Below, in pieces: positions 17,795 to 27,414 of a DNA stretch of 47,490 nt (its first letter is position 1; each line of letters opens with the position of its first letter). The translations under genes and the position numbers were made by a program. The notes under the pieces are model-generated. The model saw only the letters and a list, made by a program, of their open reading frames with translations. It did not search any database and was not told the origin of the DNA. This DNA is from Candidatus Woesearchaeota archaeon (lineage in GTDB: Archaea > Nanobdellota > Nanobdellia > Pacearchaeales > GW2011-AR1). Where the stretch lies: assembly GCA_964647695.1 (NCBI GenBank), contig CAZYIS010000005.1, positions 1-47,490 of the forward strand, given 5' to 3'.

Positions 17795-18121
17795 TTAATA
17801 TCTAAGAGCAGGAAGTTCAAAGGAAGTAATTTTAGCATTTGTTAAACCTGGTGTGGTTTCTACAGCAAAGGCTGATTTTTTTGATCTAAATAATAAACAT
17901 CCTGGGACTTCTCCGACGGGATGATATTTGAAACCCATTAGTTCATAGTGAGCCATAATAACTGCATGGAGATGACTCTGTGATAGTTTTTGAACAGGTA
18001 GCAATAAATCTTCGGAAGGTCGTCTTAATTCTTTTAGATCTATTTCGCTAGGTCTAGGAAGTACTTTTACCCTGAAAGACTCTTCCAAACTCGATTGTAA
18101 ACTTTTCATTGGTAGGACCAT
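17795..18121 (-). CDS. Hypothetical protein
   Basis: Start overlaps the aIF2-gamma stop (TAATG). Confidence 0.5.
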   Translation of the reverse strand: MVLPMKSLQSSLEESFRVKVLPRPSEIDLKELRRPSEDLLLPVQKLSQSHLHAVIMAHYELMGFKYHPVGEVPGCLLFRSKKSAFAVETTPGLTNAKITSFELPALRY

Positions 18122-19320
18122 TACAATACTTCTCCGTAGCCGATTAATCTCCAGTGATTGTTAATATTTCTCGCAATTCCGAAATTATCTCCTTTTTGAG
18201 GAACAATAGGAATCTTTAGAGTAAATTCCATTTCATCTTTGTTTATTCTTTTTACCATTCCTACGGTCATGGAAGTATTTATGCTTAGCATCAGCATTTC
18301 ACTAGGTTTTATGGCTTCTACTTTGGTAGGCATTTGGGAAGTGAAGATTTCGGGGAATAGGGCGTGTTTTACTTTTATGGATGTGGTTATCTCTGGAAGT
18401 TTACCTTTTAATGAAGCGACACATCCTGAAAGAGTATCATTTTTACCAAGAGCCATGTCTAGAGAAGTTTCAATGGACATGCTTCCTCCAGGAGTTAGAG
18501 ATTGAACTTCTTTTGAACCATTGAAAAGTTTTAGTATTTTAGTATTGATGGTTTTGTAACTATATTGGTTAGCTTCTTTTATTACTCTTCCAGGTTTTAT
18601 TTCTATTTCATCTCCAACTTTTAATGTACCTTGTTTCAAAGTGCCGCCAAGAACAGCCCCATTTAATTTTTCAGGAGATTTTCCAGGTTTATTTATATCA
18701 AATGAACGAGCAATTAGAAAAATTGGAGTTCCAGATTCATTTCTTTGGGGAATTGGAACTTCCATTATGGCTCTGTAGATTTCATCAATGTTAACTTCTT
18801 GCTGAGCGGAAATAGGAACGATAGGTGCAGAATCATATTTTCCTTTTAGAAGAGTTTTAATTTCATTATAATTTTTAGTGGCCTGTTCTTTGGTTACCAG
18901 ATCGATTTTATTTTGAATCACGATTAGATTTTTTATTTTCTTAGCCTGTAGAGCCATTAGATGTTCACGAGTTTGAGGTTTTATTCCTTCATTGGCTGCA
19001 ACTACTAAAATTGCAGCATCGATTATTGCAGCTCCAGATAACATGGTAGCCATAAGCATTTCGTGTCCTGGTGAGTCTACAAAAGAAACCTTCCTTACAG
19101 GATTGCCTGAAGTTCTATTGAAATTACCCTTATCTTCATAGATTATTATATCTGCATAGCCTAGTTTTATGGTAATTCCTCTTTTGAGTTCTTCGGAGTG
19201 GGTGTCAGTCCATTTTCCAGATATTTTTTGAAGTAGAGTGGTTTTACCGTGGTCTATATGACCTACTATGCCTACATTTAGAATGTCCAATTCCTTTTCC
19301 GTGTTTGATGCTTTTACCAT
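18121..19320 (-). CDS. eif2g: Translation initiation factor 2 gamma
   Basis: GHIDHGKTT, RGITIKLGY, DSPGHE, QNKID, WRLIGYG. Confidence 0.97.
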   Translation of the reverse strand: MVKASNTEKELDILNVGIVGHIDHGKTTLLQKISGKWTDTHSEELKRGITIKLGYADIIIYEDKGNFNRTSGNPVRKVSFVDSPGHEMLMATMLSGAAIIDAAILVVAANEGIKPQTREHLMALQAKKIKNLIVIQNKIDLVTKEQATKNYNEIKTLLKGKYDSAPIVPISAQQEVNIDEIYRAIMEVPIPQRNESGTPIFLIARSFDINKPGKSPEKLNGAVLGGTLKQGTLKVGDEIEIKPGRVIKEANQYSYKTINTKILKLFNGSKEVQSLTPGGSMSIETSLDMALGKNDTLSGCVASLKGKLPEITTSIKVKHALFPEIFTSQMPTKVEAIKPSEMLMLSINTSMTVGMVKRINKDEMEFTLKIPIVPQKGDNFGIARNINNHWRLIGYGEVL

Positions 19321-19367
19321 GCTAGAGTTTAGAATGATGCTTTTTTAAAGATATCCTATAGAATAAA

Positions 19368-19565
19368 TTAAGGAAATCTAGGAGGAAAGGGTAAAAGAGG
19401 TCCAGTTAACCATCTAAGTCTTTCCATTTTCTCATCTTGGTTTTCTCCAGTTCTGTCCTTATCAGCTGGACTGATTGGATGCTCAGGTTCAATATTTAGA
19501 TGGTTCAAATAATTTGGAAGAATTTGTTCTTCAAACCTTCCGGTCCTAGGATTATATTTTAGCAT
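19368..19565 (-). CDS. Small hypothetical protein
   Basis: 65-aa ORF filling the intergenic gap. Confidence 0.4.
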   Translation of the reverse strand: MLKYNPRTGRFEEQILPNYLNHLNIEPEHPISPADKDRTGENQDEKMERLRWLTGPLLPFPPRFP

Positions 19566-19599
19566 AGACTATTCAAAATTAATCGGATATTAAATGTTT

Positions 19600-20355
19600 C
19601 TATAGAATAGGATTAAATCTTGTTTGTTCAATATACCCTTTTATCATCCCAGGTATATCTGATTGGAAATGACCTAGAATAGCAGTTTTTCCAGATTTGC
19701 AAATGGATTCAAGGGCAGTTAGCTTTCCTTGTAGGCCTCCACGACCTTCTTTTACTTCTTTTGATAAATTGTCATAATCCTCTGCGCTAAATGAATCTCC
19801 TAATCTTACTAATTTTTCATTTCTTATTAATCCTCGGTAGGTTATGAGATTAATTGCTAGATCGGCTCCGAGCTCTTTTACGACTAGAGATTGCAGTTCA
19901 TCATTATCGCTGAATTTTATTTCATGGGTTGCCACAGGGTCATTTTCATTTATAATAGGGATTATTTTTCTTTCTAAACAAGTATTATAGCTGTCGGTTA
20001 ATTTTTGGCGAGCAGAATCACTTTCGAAATCCATTTTACCTATTAGGAATTGACCAACGGTAAGACCATATTTTTCAAAAGTTTTTATATATTCTTGCAT
20101 GAGAAGTGGTTGACCTATGGCTGCGAGCATTTGCTTCTCGGGCAATGAAGAAGAAGTCCAATCATTTATTGCTCGTCTTCCGGAAGCTATTGCCCCAGAA
20201 GTAATTATGGACACTTTTTTATTTAAATTTAATAATTCATAACTTGCTCTAGCTAAATTTTCTATGGCTGATTGGTTTACGGAATCATCGGTGGTGATTG
20301 CTTTAGAACCAATTTTTATTACAATACTATTGGATTTGTTTAATAAATTTTCCAT
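19600..20355 (-). CDS. proB: Glutamate 5-kinase-like protein (no PUA domain)
   Basis: VIKIGS, TSGAIASG, AAIGQ, PIINEND, FSDNDEL. Confidence 0.8.
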   Translation of the reverse strand: MENLLNKSNSIVIKIGSKAITTDDSVNQSAIENLARASYELLNLNKKVSIITSGAIASGRRAINDWTSSSLPEKQMLAAIGQPLLMQEYIKTFEKYGLTVGQFLIGKMDFESDSARQKLTDSYNTCLERKIIPIINENDPVATHEIKFSDNDELQSLVVKELGADLAINLITYRGLIRNEKLVRLGDSFSAEDYDNLSKEVKEGRGGLQGKLTALESICKSGKTAILGHFQSDIPGMIKGYIEQTRFNPIL

Positions 20356-20383
20356 GTTAATAAAAAATAATTAGAATGTTAAA

Positions 20384-20803
20384 TTAGGCAGTCGGAGCAG
20401 GTGCTGGTGCTGCTTTCTTTGCTTTTGGTTGATTTTGTTCTGGGAAAATTTCAGCCAATTTCTTTGCTCCAGATTTTACAACCTTAAGATTAACTTGAGT
20501 TGTGGACAGAGATAAAATTTTTCCTCTCATGGTCTTTCTAAGTCTTATACCTTCTCTAGTATCTCTCATGCCCCAGCCCTTGGTCAATATTTCTTTCTTA
20601 AGACCAATTCCAGCAATGTTTTTAGAATGTGGGAATCCGGCTAAATCAGATGCCCCAGTTATTTCTAGTTCGTAACCAGCTAGATCAGCAGATAATTCTT
20701 TAGCATCAATTACTTCACCTAGAGATTTACCAACTAGGAATTCAGATTCGGTCTGTAGTTTCCATGCTTTTTCTTTATCACTTATATTAAGTTTGAATGG
20801 CAT
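20384..20803 (-). CDS. rps6e: 30S ribosomal protein eS6
   Basis: FKLNISD, GYELEITGASDLAGFP, RKTMRG, QVNLKV. Confidence 0.95.
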   Translation of the reverse strand: MPFKLNISDKEKAWKLQTESEFLVGKSLGEVIDAKELSADLAGYELEITGASDLAGFPHSKNIAGIGLKKEILTKGWGMRDTREGIRLRKTMRGKILSLSTTQVNLKVVKSGAKKLAEIFPEQNQPKAKKAAPAPAPTA

Positions 20804-20853
20804 AAATGTTCTTAAGAAATAGGGTTTTTAAAGCTATCTCAGTATAATGGACC

Positions 20854-21099
20854 ATGGTAAAAACCCTTTTAGCGATGGTTCTTGCAATACCTATTATTAC
20901 TGGTTGTGATAACCTAACCCAGAGGGACGCGGCGTGGATTTATGATCTAAGAAATTTTCCAAGATACATGGAAGAGGCTAGAAAAGAGAATTTAGCTAAA
21001 ACCAATAGAATTTCAGAGAATGTTAATACAAATGGATTTAAACTTTATTGTACTGAGGGTTTGACTAATAATTATATATTGAATTTTAAAAAGAATTAA
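20854..21099 (+). CDS. Small lipoprotein-like hypothetical protein
   Basis: Signal peptide ending ITGC (lipobox-like). Confidence 0.5.
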   Translation: MVKTLLAMVLAIPIITGCDNLTQRDAAWIYDLRNFPRYMEEARKENLAKTNRISENVNTNGFKLYCTEGLTNNYILNFKKN

Positions 21100-21197
21100 A
21101 AAGGGACAAAAAGCAGGTTATTTATGGATGAATATGATTTTAGTGTAGATAATATGTTGGGGTCAGTAGAAGGATTTTTTATGAAGACTCGGGATTA

Positions 21198-21398
21198 ATG
21201 TGGGCACATCAGAGAATGAAAGAAACAACGGCTAAAATTCATGGACGTTTTGAAAATCTAGGTTACCTAACATTGATAATAGGTTCAATTTTTGTAGGCT
21301 ATAAAGAGTTTAGTAATATGGCTAAGGAAATTAATCATAGACATCAAGGTATAGAAAGTAAGGTTACTCAAACTAATACTAATACTAATAAAAATTAG
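21198..21398 (+). CDS. Small hypothetical membrane protein
   Basis: One TM segment; start uncertain. Confidence 0.35.
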   Translation: MWAHQRMKETTAKIHGRFENLGYLTLIIGSIFVGYKEFSNMAKEINHRHQGIESKVTQTNTNTNKN

Positions 21399-23101
21399 AA
21401 TTTCTTAATTACTGATAGTTCTTGGAGAACTTTAAGTTCACTGGCTGAAAGAAGGTCCTTATGTTCTTTGAATTTCTTGAATTGTTTATCGCCCATGTCA
21501 GAATAAAGGTATTTGACATCTTTGAGTCTTCTATCAAAAGTTATTCCTGGGAGAGCCATGGCAAGTTCTTGACCTTCCAAACCTTCATCTACTCCAGATT
21601 TGTCCAATTGAAGAGATTTTATCCTGGCTACGGTTTCTCCTCGTTCATCTATTAGATGGGTTCCTATTTTTGCTTTTCCCCCAATTACTTTAACTCCGAA
21701 TATGGCTGGATTTGAGTTTTTGAATAAATAGTTATGAAGAATTTCTAGTTTGCAGACTGTAGAAAGCTCCATTAGTTTTTCTTTTTCAATCTCTGCTCTT
21801 TGGGCAGTTCTCCAGAGAGAAAGGTCTTCGATTAGTTTATAGATTACATCGTTGGTGATAATTTTTACCTTTCCTTTTTCCACATCTTCATCCAGTTCAA
21901 CATTGAATCCAACAATTACTGCATCTAGAGGATTAATTTCTAGATTTGCTTTGGCTGAATTAACATCTGCCTTTCCGATGGGACCTATGCCTGATTTAAG
22001 AATTTGAATATTTTCTTGTTTTAATAGTGTAATTAATGCCTCTAAACTTCCAAGGGATTCGGCTTTGATAATTATTCCTTGCTTGTCGGTTTGTAATGCG
22101 GAAGAAATTTCTTTTTTGAATTGCACTTTTGCTTTTTCCATGTCAGATTTATTCTTAACCTGTTGGAAGGGCATTCCGGAATAGATTCCTTCATTATTTG
22201 TTAGCTGTAGTCTAACTCCCGTTGCGGCAGTAGCTTGTTTTGTTGCAGCAAATTTGTTTTGCAAAGGAAGAATTTCTTGCAAAGATCTTACTTTAGAAAT
22301 TATGGGATCATTGAAAGATGCAATGACTACTTCATCTCCTTCATTTAGCGATCCTTCGTATAATATGGCTTCGGCATAGTTAGTAGACTTATCTTTTTTT
22401 ACTTCAAGAATTACTCCTTTGGCTTCTTCGGTTACTTTTAATCTTTCTTTAAGGAATTTTTGGCAAAGACCACATAAAACAAAAAGTAATTCAGATATTC
22501 CTTGTTTTGTTCTGGCTGAGCAGGGAACTAGAGCAATCTTTTTTGTGAAATCAGTTACTTCATAGAACAAATCAGAATCAAATCCTTGTTCTCTTAAACT
22601 TCCCTGGAATGTAAGCAGAGATTCTTGAAATTCTTGATCTACATTTAATGCCTGAGATTGAATTGATGTTCTTAGATCATCTCCATTTTTCCATCCGGAA
22701 ATTGTATCTAATTTATTTAGAGCAATTAGAAAAGGAGTTTTATTTGCCTTTAGAATTTGAAGGACTTCGGCAGTTTGGGGTTTTATTCCTTCTTTAATAT
22801 TTACAACGAGAATTGCTAGATCTGCTAGTGCTCCTCCTCGCTTTCTAAGATTTGTGAATGCAGCGTGGCCAGGAGTATCTATAAATAGGAATCCAGGAAT
22901 TTCAAGAGCAATTTTTGTTTTTTCAATTAGGGGGCAGGCAGATTTTATTTGTTCCAGAGGATATTTTGTAAAAGATATTTTTTGCGTAATTCCTCCGGCT
23001 TCATCCTTCTGCAGAGAACTACCTCTAAAACAATCTAGAATACTAGTTTTACCGTGATCTACGTGTCCACATACTGTAACTATTGGTGATCTTAATGTCA
23101 T
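21395..23101 (-). CDS. infB: Translation initiation factor aIF5B (IF-2)
   Basis: GHVDHGKTS, EAGGITQ, DTPGHAAFTNLRKRGG, LNKLD. Confidence 0.97.
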   Translation of the reverse strand: MTLRSPIVTVCGHVDHGKTSILDCFRGSSLQKDEAGGITQKISFTKYPLEQIKSACPLIEKTKIALEIPGFLFIDTPGHAAFTNLRKRGGALADLAILVVNIKEGIKPQTAEVLQILKANKTPFLIALNKLDTISGWKNGDDLRTSIQSQALNVDQEFQESLLTFQGSLREQGFDSDLFYEVTDFTKKIALVPCSARTKQGISELLFVLCGLCQKFLKERLKVTEEAKGVILEVKKDKSTNYAEAILYEGSLNEGDEVVIASFNDPIISKVRSLQEILPLQNKFAATKQATAATGVRLQLTNNEGIYSGMPFQQVKNKSDMEKAKVQFKKEISSALQTDKQGIIIKAESLGSLEALITLLKQENIQILKSGIGPIGKADVNSAKANLEINPLDAVIVGFNVELDEDVEKGKVKIITNDVIYKLIEDLSLWRTAQRAEIEKEKLMELSTVCKLEILHNYLFKNSNPAIFGVKVIGGKAKIGTHLIDERGETVARIKSLQLDKSGVDEGLEGQELAMALPGITFDRRLKDVKYLYSDMGDKQFKKFKEHKDLLSASELKVLQELSVIKKF

Positions 23102-23205
23102 TTTTATTGCTCCTAATCATTCATAATTAGAGAGGGTTAGAGGTTTTTAAAGGTTTTATTGATATGAAAATTAAACCGGGTATCGAGTAATTATTTGTGA
23201 GAGAG

Positions 23206-24144
23206 TTAAAACTTTGATTTTATAAATAGAAACAAACTAGAAATAATAGAGCCAACTAATTGACAAGTTATATCTTTTTGAGAATCCCATAGGTCTCCTT
23301 GGGTTGCTAAGAAAGAGTCACCTAATGCAGGGTTAGCAACTTTTATCACTATCATTTCAATGGTTTCATAGGATAGACTGAGAAAGGCTAAAAATGAGAT
23401 ACCTAAAATTGTTAACCAAATTCCTTGCAATTTTAATCTTTTTCTAAAATATTCTAAAGTAGGATAAATTAAAATTGCTCCAAATAAAAAATGAATAATT
23501 CTATCAAAATTATTGCTCCCTAGGAATTGACAATGGGAAAATAGGAAGACAACAAGATTATTGCATTGACTTGGGAGATTTAGAAAATTTTCAATAATAT
23601 AACCGAAGGGAACTGAACCATAGGTATAATGAACTCCTACTGTGTGTAAAAATAAGAATAAAAAGAATAAAATATAGGAAGTTAAACTAAATTGAAATTT
23701 TTTGTAGGTAGCTAGTAGAATAAGAATTATAGCAAGAGTAAAAGAATTCTCTAGATACCAGTCAGATCTTAGATAAACATTGAAGCTTAATAATATGAAT
23801 GAAATTACAAAAATAAAAAACAAAATTAATAATTTTTCTTTATTTGAATTAAACTTTTTTATGAGAATGTTGATTAAAATAGAAAAAATAAAAGAGATTA
23901 TAAAAATATAATTAAAATTCAAAAAGAATGAAGAGCCTAAAGAAATAAATAAGGTTAGTCCTGCTAGGAATGAGATTAAACAATTTATAAATCCATTTTT
24001 AGAGATAATAAAAAGTAGAATAAATATCAATAAAGAAAAAATAATATCTGAGTTAAAGGTGATAAGTTTATCTAAATAGAATAGAATGAAAGTTAGTAGG
24101 GTTAAACTTAAACTAATAATTGATCTTTTTAAGATATCATTCAT
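23206..24144 (-). CDS. DUF2238 (YjdF-like) membrane protein with extra N-terminal TM region
   Basis: DWYLEN, HYTYGSVPFG, NNFDRIIHF, FLATQGDLWDSQKD. Confidence 0.85.
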   Translation of the reverse strand: MNDILKRSIISLSLTLLTFILFYLDKLITFNSDIIFSLLIFILLFIISKNGFINCLISFLAGLTLFISLGSSFFLNFNYIFIISFIFSILINILIKKFNSNKEKLLILFFIFVISFILLSFNVYLRSDWYLENSFTLAIILILLATYKKFQFSLTSYILFFLFLFLHTVGVHYTYGSVPFGYIIENFLNLPSQCNNLVVFLFSHCQFLGSNNFDRIIHFLFGAILIYPTLEYFRKRLKLQGIWLTILGISFLAFLSLSYETIEMIVIKVANPALGDSFLATQGDLWDSQKDITCQLVGSIISSLFLFIKSKF

Positions 24145-24216
24145 AGGAGGATTAGTAAAAAAGGATTATTAAATCTTATTAGAAAGTATTAAAAATAAGA
24201 GAATAGTATTTTAATT

Positions 24217-24981
24217 ATGAAAATAGAGGCAAATATTACTAAAACGAAGTTATTCTTTTTAATAGCATCTTTGTTTGTTATAACTGGAGCAATTTTTGCT
24301 TTCGCCTATAATTCTTCTCCTGCTAATCCTGCAGTTTTTGGACATTCAATTAATGAAATAGATGGATTTCCTAATTGCACGTCACAACAGGCATTGACCC
24401 ATAACTCTAGTGGTTGGAGCTGTATAAGTACTCAACCACCAGTAGATAATGGATATTCTTCTGCTTGGACTTCAGTACAAGCAGGTGGAGATTTTACATT
24501 TGAGCATGATTTAGGAACAACTGATTTGGTAGGTTATATTTATGCTTCTAGCGTTCCTACAGGAGATAATCCTCAAATGTTTTATTATGCACAATATAAT
24601 AGCGCATATAATAATGGTTGTTCACCTGGTGCTGCTGGAGGATATGTTACAAAGTTAAATAGTACACATGTAAGAATATCTGTTTTATCTGCTTCTACTA
24701 CCACTGGACTCTCTTCTAGTACTACAAATCAATATAACTATATCAAAGTGGTTTTGAAAAAAGCGACTCCTGGAATAATTGTGGCTGGAGGATCCTATGG
24801 CACAATATGTACTGGTAGCACAAACGGAATAACTTCGCTATGGGGTTTGGCAGGAGTATTGAATGGAAAAGTAGTTTGTATGAATAATAGTACTTTGATG
24901 ACTCTTACGGGTGGCAAATTGGATGCAAATGGAAATCCTTCTTCAGGTCCATTTTTCTGTGTTAGTCAATTGAAACCTTAA
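24217..24981 (+). CDS. Secreted/surface protein
   Basis: N-terminal TM, PAVFGHS motif, Ser/Thr/Gly/Cys-rich body. Confidence 0.7.
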   Translation: MKIEANITKTKLFFLIASLFVITGAIFAFAYNSSPANPAVFGHSINEIDGFPNCTSQQALTHNSSGWSCISTQPPVDNGYSSAWTSVQAGGDFTFEHDLGTTDLVGYIYASSVPTGDNPQMFYYAQYNSAYNNGCSPGAAGGYVTKLNSTHVRISVLSASTTTGLSSSTTNQYNYIKVVLKKATPGIIVAGGSYGTICTGSTNGITSLWGLAGVLNGKVVCMNNSTLMTLTGGKLDANGNPSSGPFFCVSQLKP

Positions 24982-25033
24982 TTAAAATAATTTCTTTTGA
25001 ATTAGAAGAATTGAGATAAATATTATTTTTGAT

Positions 25034-26446
25034 TTATCCTTTTACAACAGCAAGAGGTTTCAATCGGGCAACTAACTGGCCTATGCCTAGTTCATCTGAA
25101 ACTCGAGCGACTTCATTAACATCTTTGTAGGCTTCGGGAGCTTCTTCAATTGCGCCTTTCATGGAATTGGCTTTTAGCATTACATCTTTATCTTTCATTT
25201 GTTTTGTTAAAGATTCTTCACTAATGTTTTTTGTGGCAAAACTTCTGGATAAAACACGACCCGCTCCATGGGCGGTGGATGCAAAAGAAAGTTCTTCTGC
25301 TTTTTTTGTTCCAATAAGGACATAGGAAAATGTGCCCATGCTTCCGGGAATGAAAATTGGTTGCCCTAGCTTTCGATACTTTGTTGGAATTTCTGATCTT
25401 CCGGGACCGAAGGAACGAGTGGCACCTTTTCTATGAACGCAGAGTGTGCAGGATTTTCCGTTTACTTTATGCTCTTCGAATTTTGCAATGTTGTGGCAAA
25501 TATCATAGATCAGTTCAAGTTTTGATTTTGGAAAGAATTTGGAGAAAGATTTTCTAATTTGATGAGTAATTAACTGTCTATTTACAAAAGCAAAATTTGC
25601 AGCAGCGTTCATTGCAGCGCGATAATCTTTTCCTAGAGGGGAATCAATAGGTGCACAGATTAATTCTCTGTCAGGCAAATGCTTCCAACCATATTCTTTT
25701 TCCATTTTCATAATATAATCGGATGCGGTTTGATGACCTAATCCCCTACTGCCACAATGGACCATGATCACTATTTGTCCTTTCTTTAATTTGAGCGCAG
25801 AAGCAGTTTTATCGTCGAAGATTGATTCAACTTCCTGAATTTCTAGAAAATGATTTCCGGATCCAAGTGAACCCAACTGGGATCTTCCTCTTGCTCTTGC
25901 TTTTTGGCTAACTTTAAGCGCATCGGCTCCTTCAAGGCAACCATTATCTTCCATGCATTCCAGATCATCTTTTGTGGCATAGCCTTTTTTCAGAGCCCAT
26001 TTTGCTCCAGTGTTTAGGACTTCGGAAACTTCGTTATCACTTAGATTAAATTCGGACTCTTTTCCAACTCCGGAAGGAACATTTTTATAGATTTCAGTAA
26101 GAGTTTCCTTTCTTTTTTTCATAAATTCATCTTTGGAAATATGGGTTGCAATTAGCCTTACTCCGCAATTGATGTCATAGCCTACTCCTCCGGGAGAGAT
26201 TATTCCTTTTTTTAGGTCAAAGGCTGCAACTCCTCCTATGGAAAATCCGTAACCTTGATGACAATCAGGCATGGCAATGGATTTTTCCACAATTCCGGGT
26301 AATTGGGCCACATTCTTTATCTGGGAAATGGTTTTATCCTCTTTTATCTTTTCCATGAGTAGATCTGAAGCAAATATGACTCCCGGAACGTTCATTTTGC
26401 CTGAAACAGGTATTTCAAACACGTTTTCTGACTTTTTCTTAATCAT
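25034..26446 (-). CDS. rtcB: RNA ligase RtcB
   Basis: MPDCHQGYGF, GYDINCG, GSGNHF, HRKGA, HGAGR, EEAPEAYK; start reassigned to MIKKKSENVF at 26446. Confidence 0.96.
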   Translation of the reverse strand: MIKKKSENVFEIPVSGKMNVPGVIFASDLLMEKIKEDKTISQIKNVAQLPGIVEKSIAMPDCHQGYGFSIGGVAAFDLKKGIISPGGVGYDINCGVRLIATHISKDEFMKKRKETLTEIYKNVPSGVGKESEFNLSDNEVSEVLNTGAKWALKKGYATKDDLECMEDNGCLEGADALKVSQKARARGRSQLGSLGSGNHFLEIQEVESIFDDKTASALKLKKGQIVIMVHCGSRGLGHQTASDYIMKMEKEYGWKHLPDRELICAPIDSPLGKDYRAAMNAAANFAFVNRQLITHQIRKSFSKFFPKSKLELIYDICHNIAKFEEHKVNGKSCTLCVHRKGATRSFGPGRSEIPTKYRKLGQPIFIPGSMGTFSYVLIGTKKAEELSFASTAHGAGRVLSRSFATKNISEESLTKQMKDKDVMLKANSMKGAIEEAPEAYKDVNEVARVSDELGIGQLVARLKPLAVVKG

Positions 26447-26582
26447 ATTTAGGAAAGAATAGGGTAATTTATAAACATGTTCAAATCGGGATTTCAGGTC
26501 GTTAATAATGAAATAATAAGGTTTAAAAGGTAGTAAAAAAATCATATTATCCCTAAAGAATAGGATTCTTAGGAATTTAACA

Positions 26583-26945
26583 ATGAATAACCCACAATCA
26601 AAATACGAATTGGTCAATTATGGCTTGGAAAGTAGAGCAATGTTAGCTTTGCCTCCTAAAGACGTAGAATTTATGGCTAACGTATATTGGACTCTTAAAA
26701 TTAGCGCAGATATAGATGTGGAAAAGCAAAACATAGAAAGAAAGAAATCAAGACTTGAACCTCTTACAGTGGATAGAACATATGCTGAATTGAATAGATC
26801 AATGACTCAAGCATTTGGTATAGATGCTAGCAGTTTTTTAAGAACCCATAATGCCATAAGAAGAAAGAGTACTTGCCCTATTAATTATTCTATACAATAT
26901 CCTGGAAGAGAGAGAGAATATGCCGGCGAAGGACATTTAGTTTAG
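26583..26945 (+). CDS. Hypothetical protein
   Basis: 120-aa ORF between rtcB and archease. Confidence 0.5.
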   Translation: MNNPQSKYELVNYGLESRAMLALPPKDVEFMANVYWTLKISADIDVEKQNIERKKSRLEPLTVDRTYAELNRSMTQAFGIDASSFLRTHNAIRRKSTCPINYSIQYPGREREYAGEGHLV

Positions 26946-27362
26946 TTAGATATCTAGAACTATTTGGGCACTGAAGGACTTACCTGATTTTTTAATAAAC
27001 ATTTCTGCATAGGTTGCAGCTTTTACGTGTTTAAGATTATTATTTTTAGTTAAATCTCCTAGTAAAACTCCAGATAAGGATTTTTCATCCTTACTGATTT
27101 TAATTTTGGCCGATGAAACGGCAAAATTTTCCGCATCCAATAAATAGATTAATTCGTCGATAAAACCATAGAGTAGAGACTCTTTGTTGTCTGCATTTAG
27201 ATTAATTTCCTTTTTAAGTTTTTTATTTATCTTAGTATTTCCAGAAATATAGCTGGAAAAGGCTAGGGCTGAATTTTCAAATAGTTCATTTAGAGATTTA
27301 CCTAGAATAGAGTATTTTATGTCGGCCGTATGCTCTAGTTCAATAAATTTTGATTCTTTCAT
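26946..27362 (-). CDS. Archease
   Basis: EHTADI, VKAATY, C-terminal LDI; next to rtcB. Confidence 0.93.
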   Translation of the reverse strand: MKESKFIELEHTADIKYSILGKSLNELFENSALAFSSYISGNTKINKKLKKEINLNADNKESLLYGFIDELIYLLDAENFAVSSAKIKISKDEKSLSGVLLGDLTKNNNLKHVKAATYAEMFIKKSGKSFSAQIVLDI

Positions 27363-27414
27363 CGAATTAGTATAGCTGGAATAAGTTTATAAATTGAATT
27401 AGTCTAAAGAATTT

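Noticed and set aside
26447-26617. N-terminal extension of RtcB in the ORF track
   Set aside because: Not RtcB-like, overlaps the opposite gene, and a TATA sits about 25 nt upstream of the ATG at 26446
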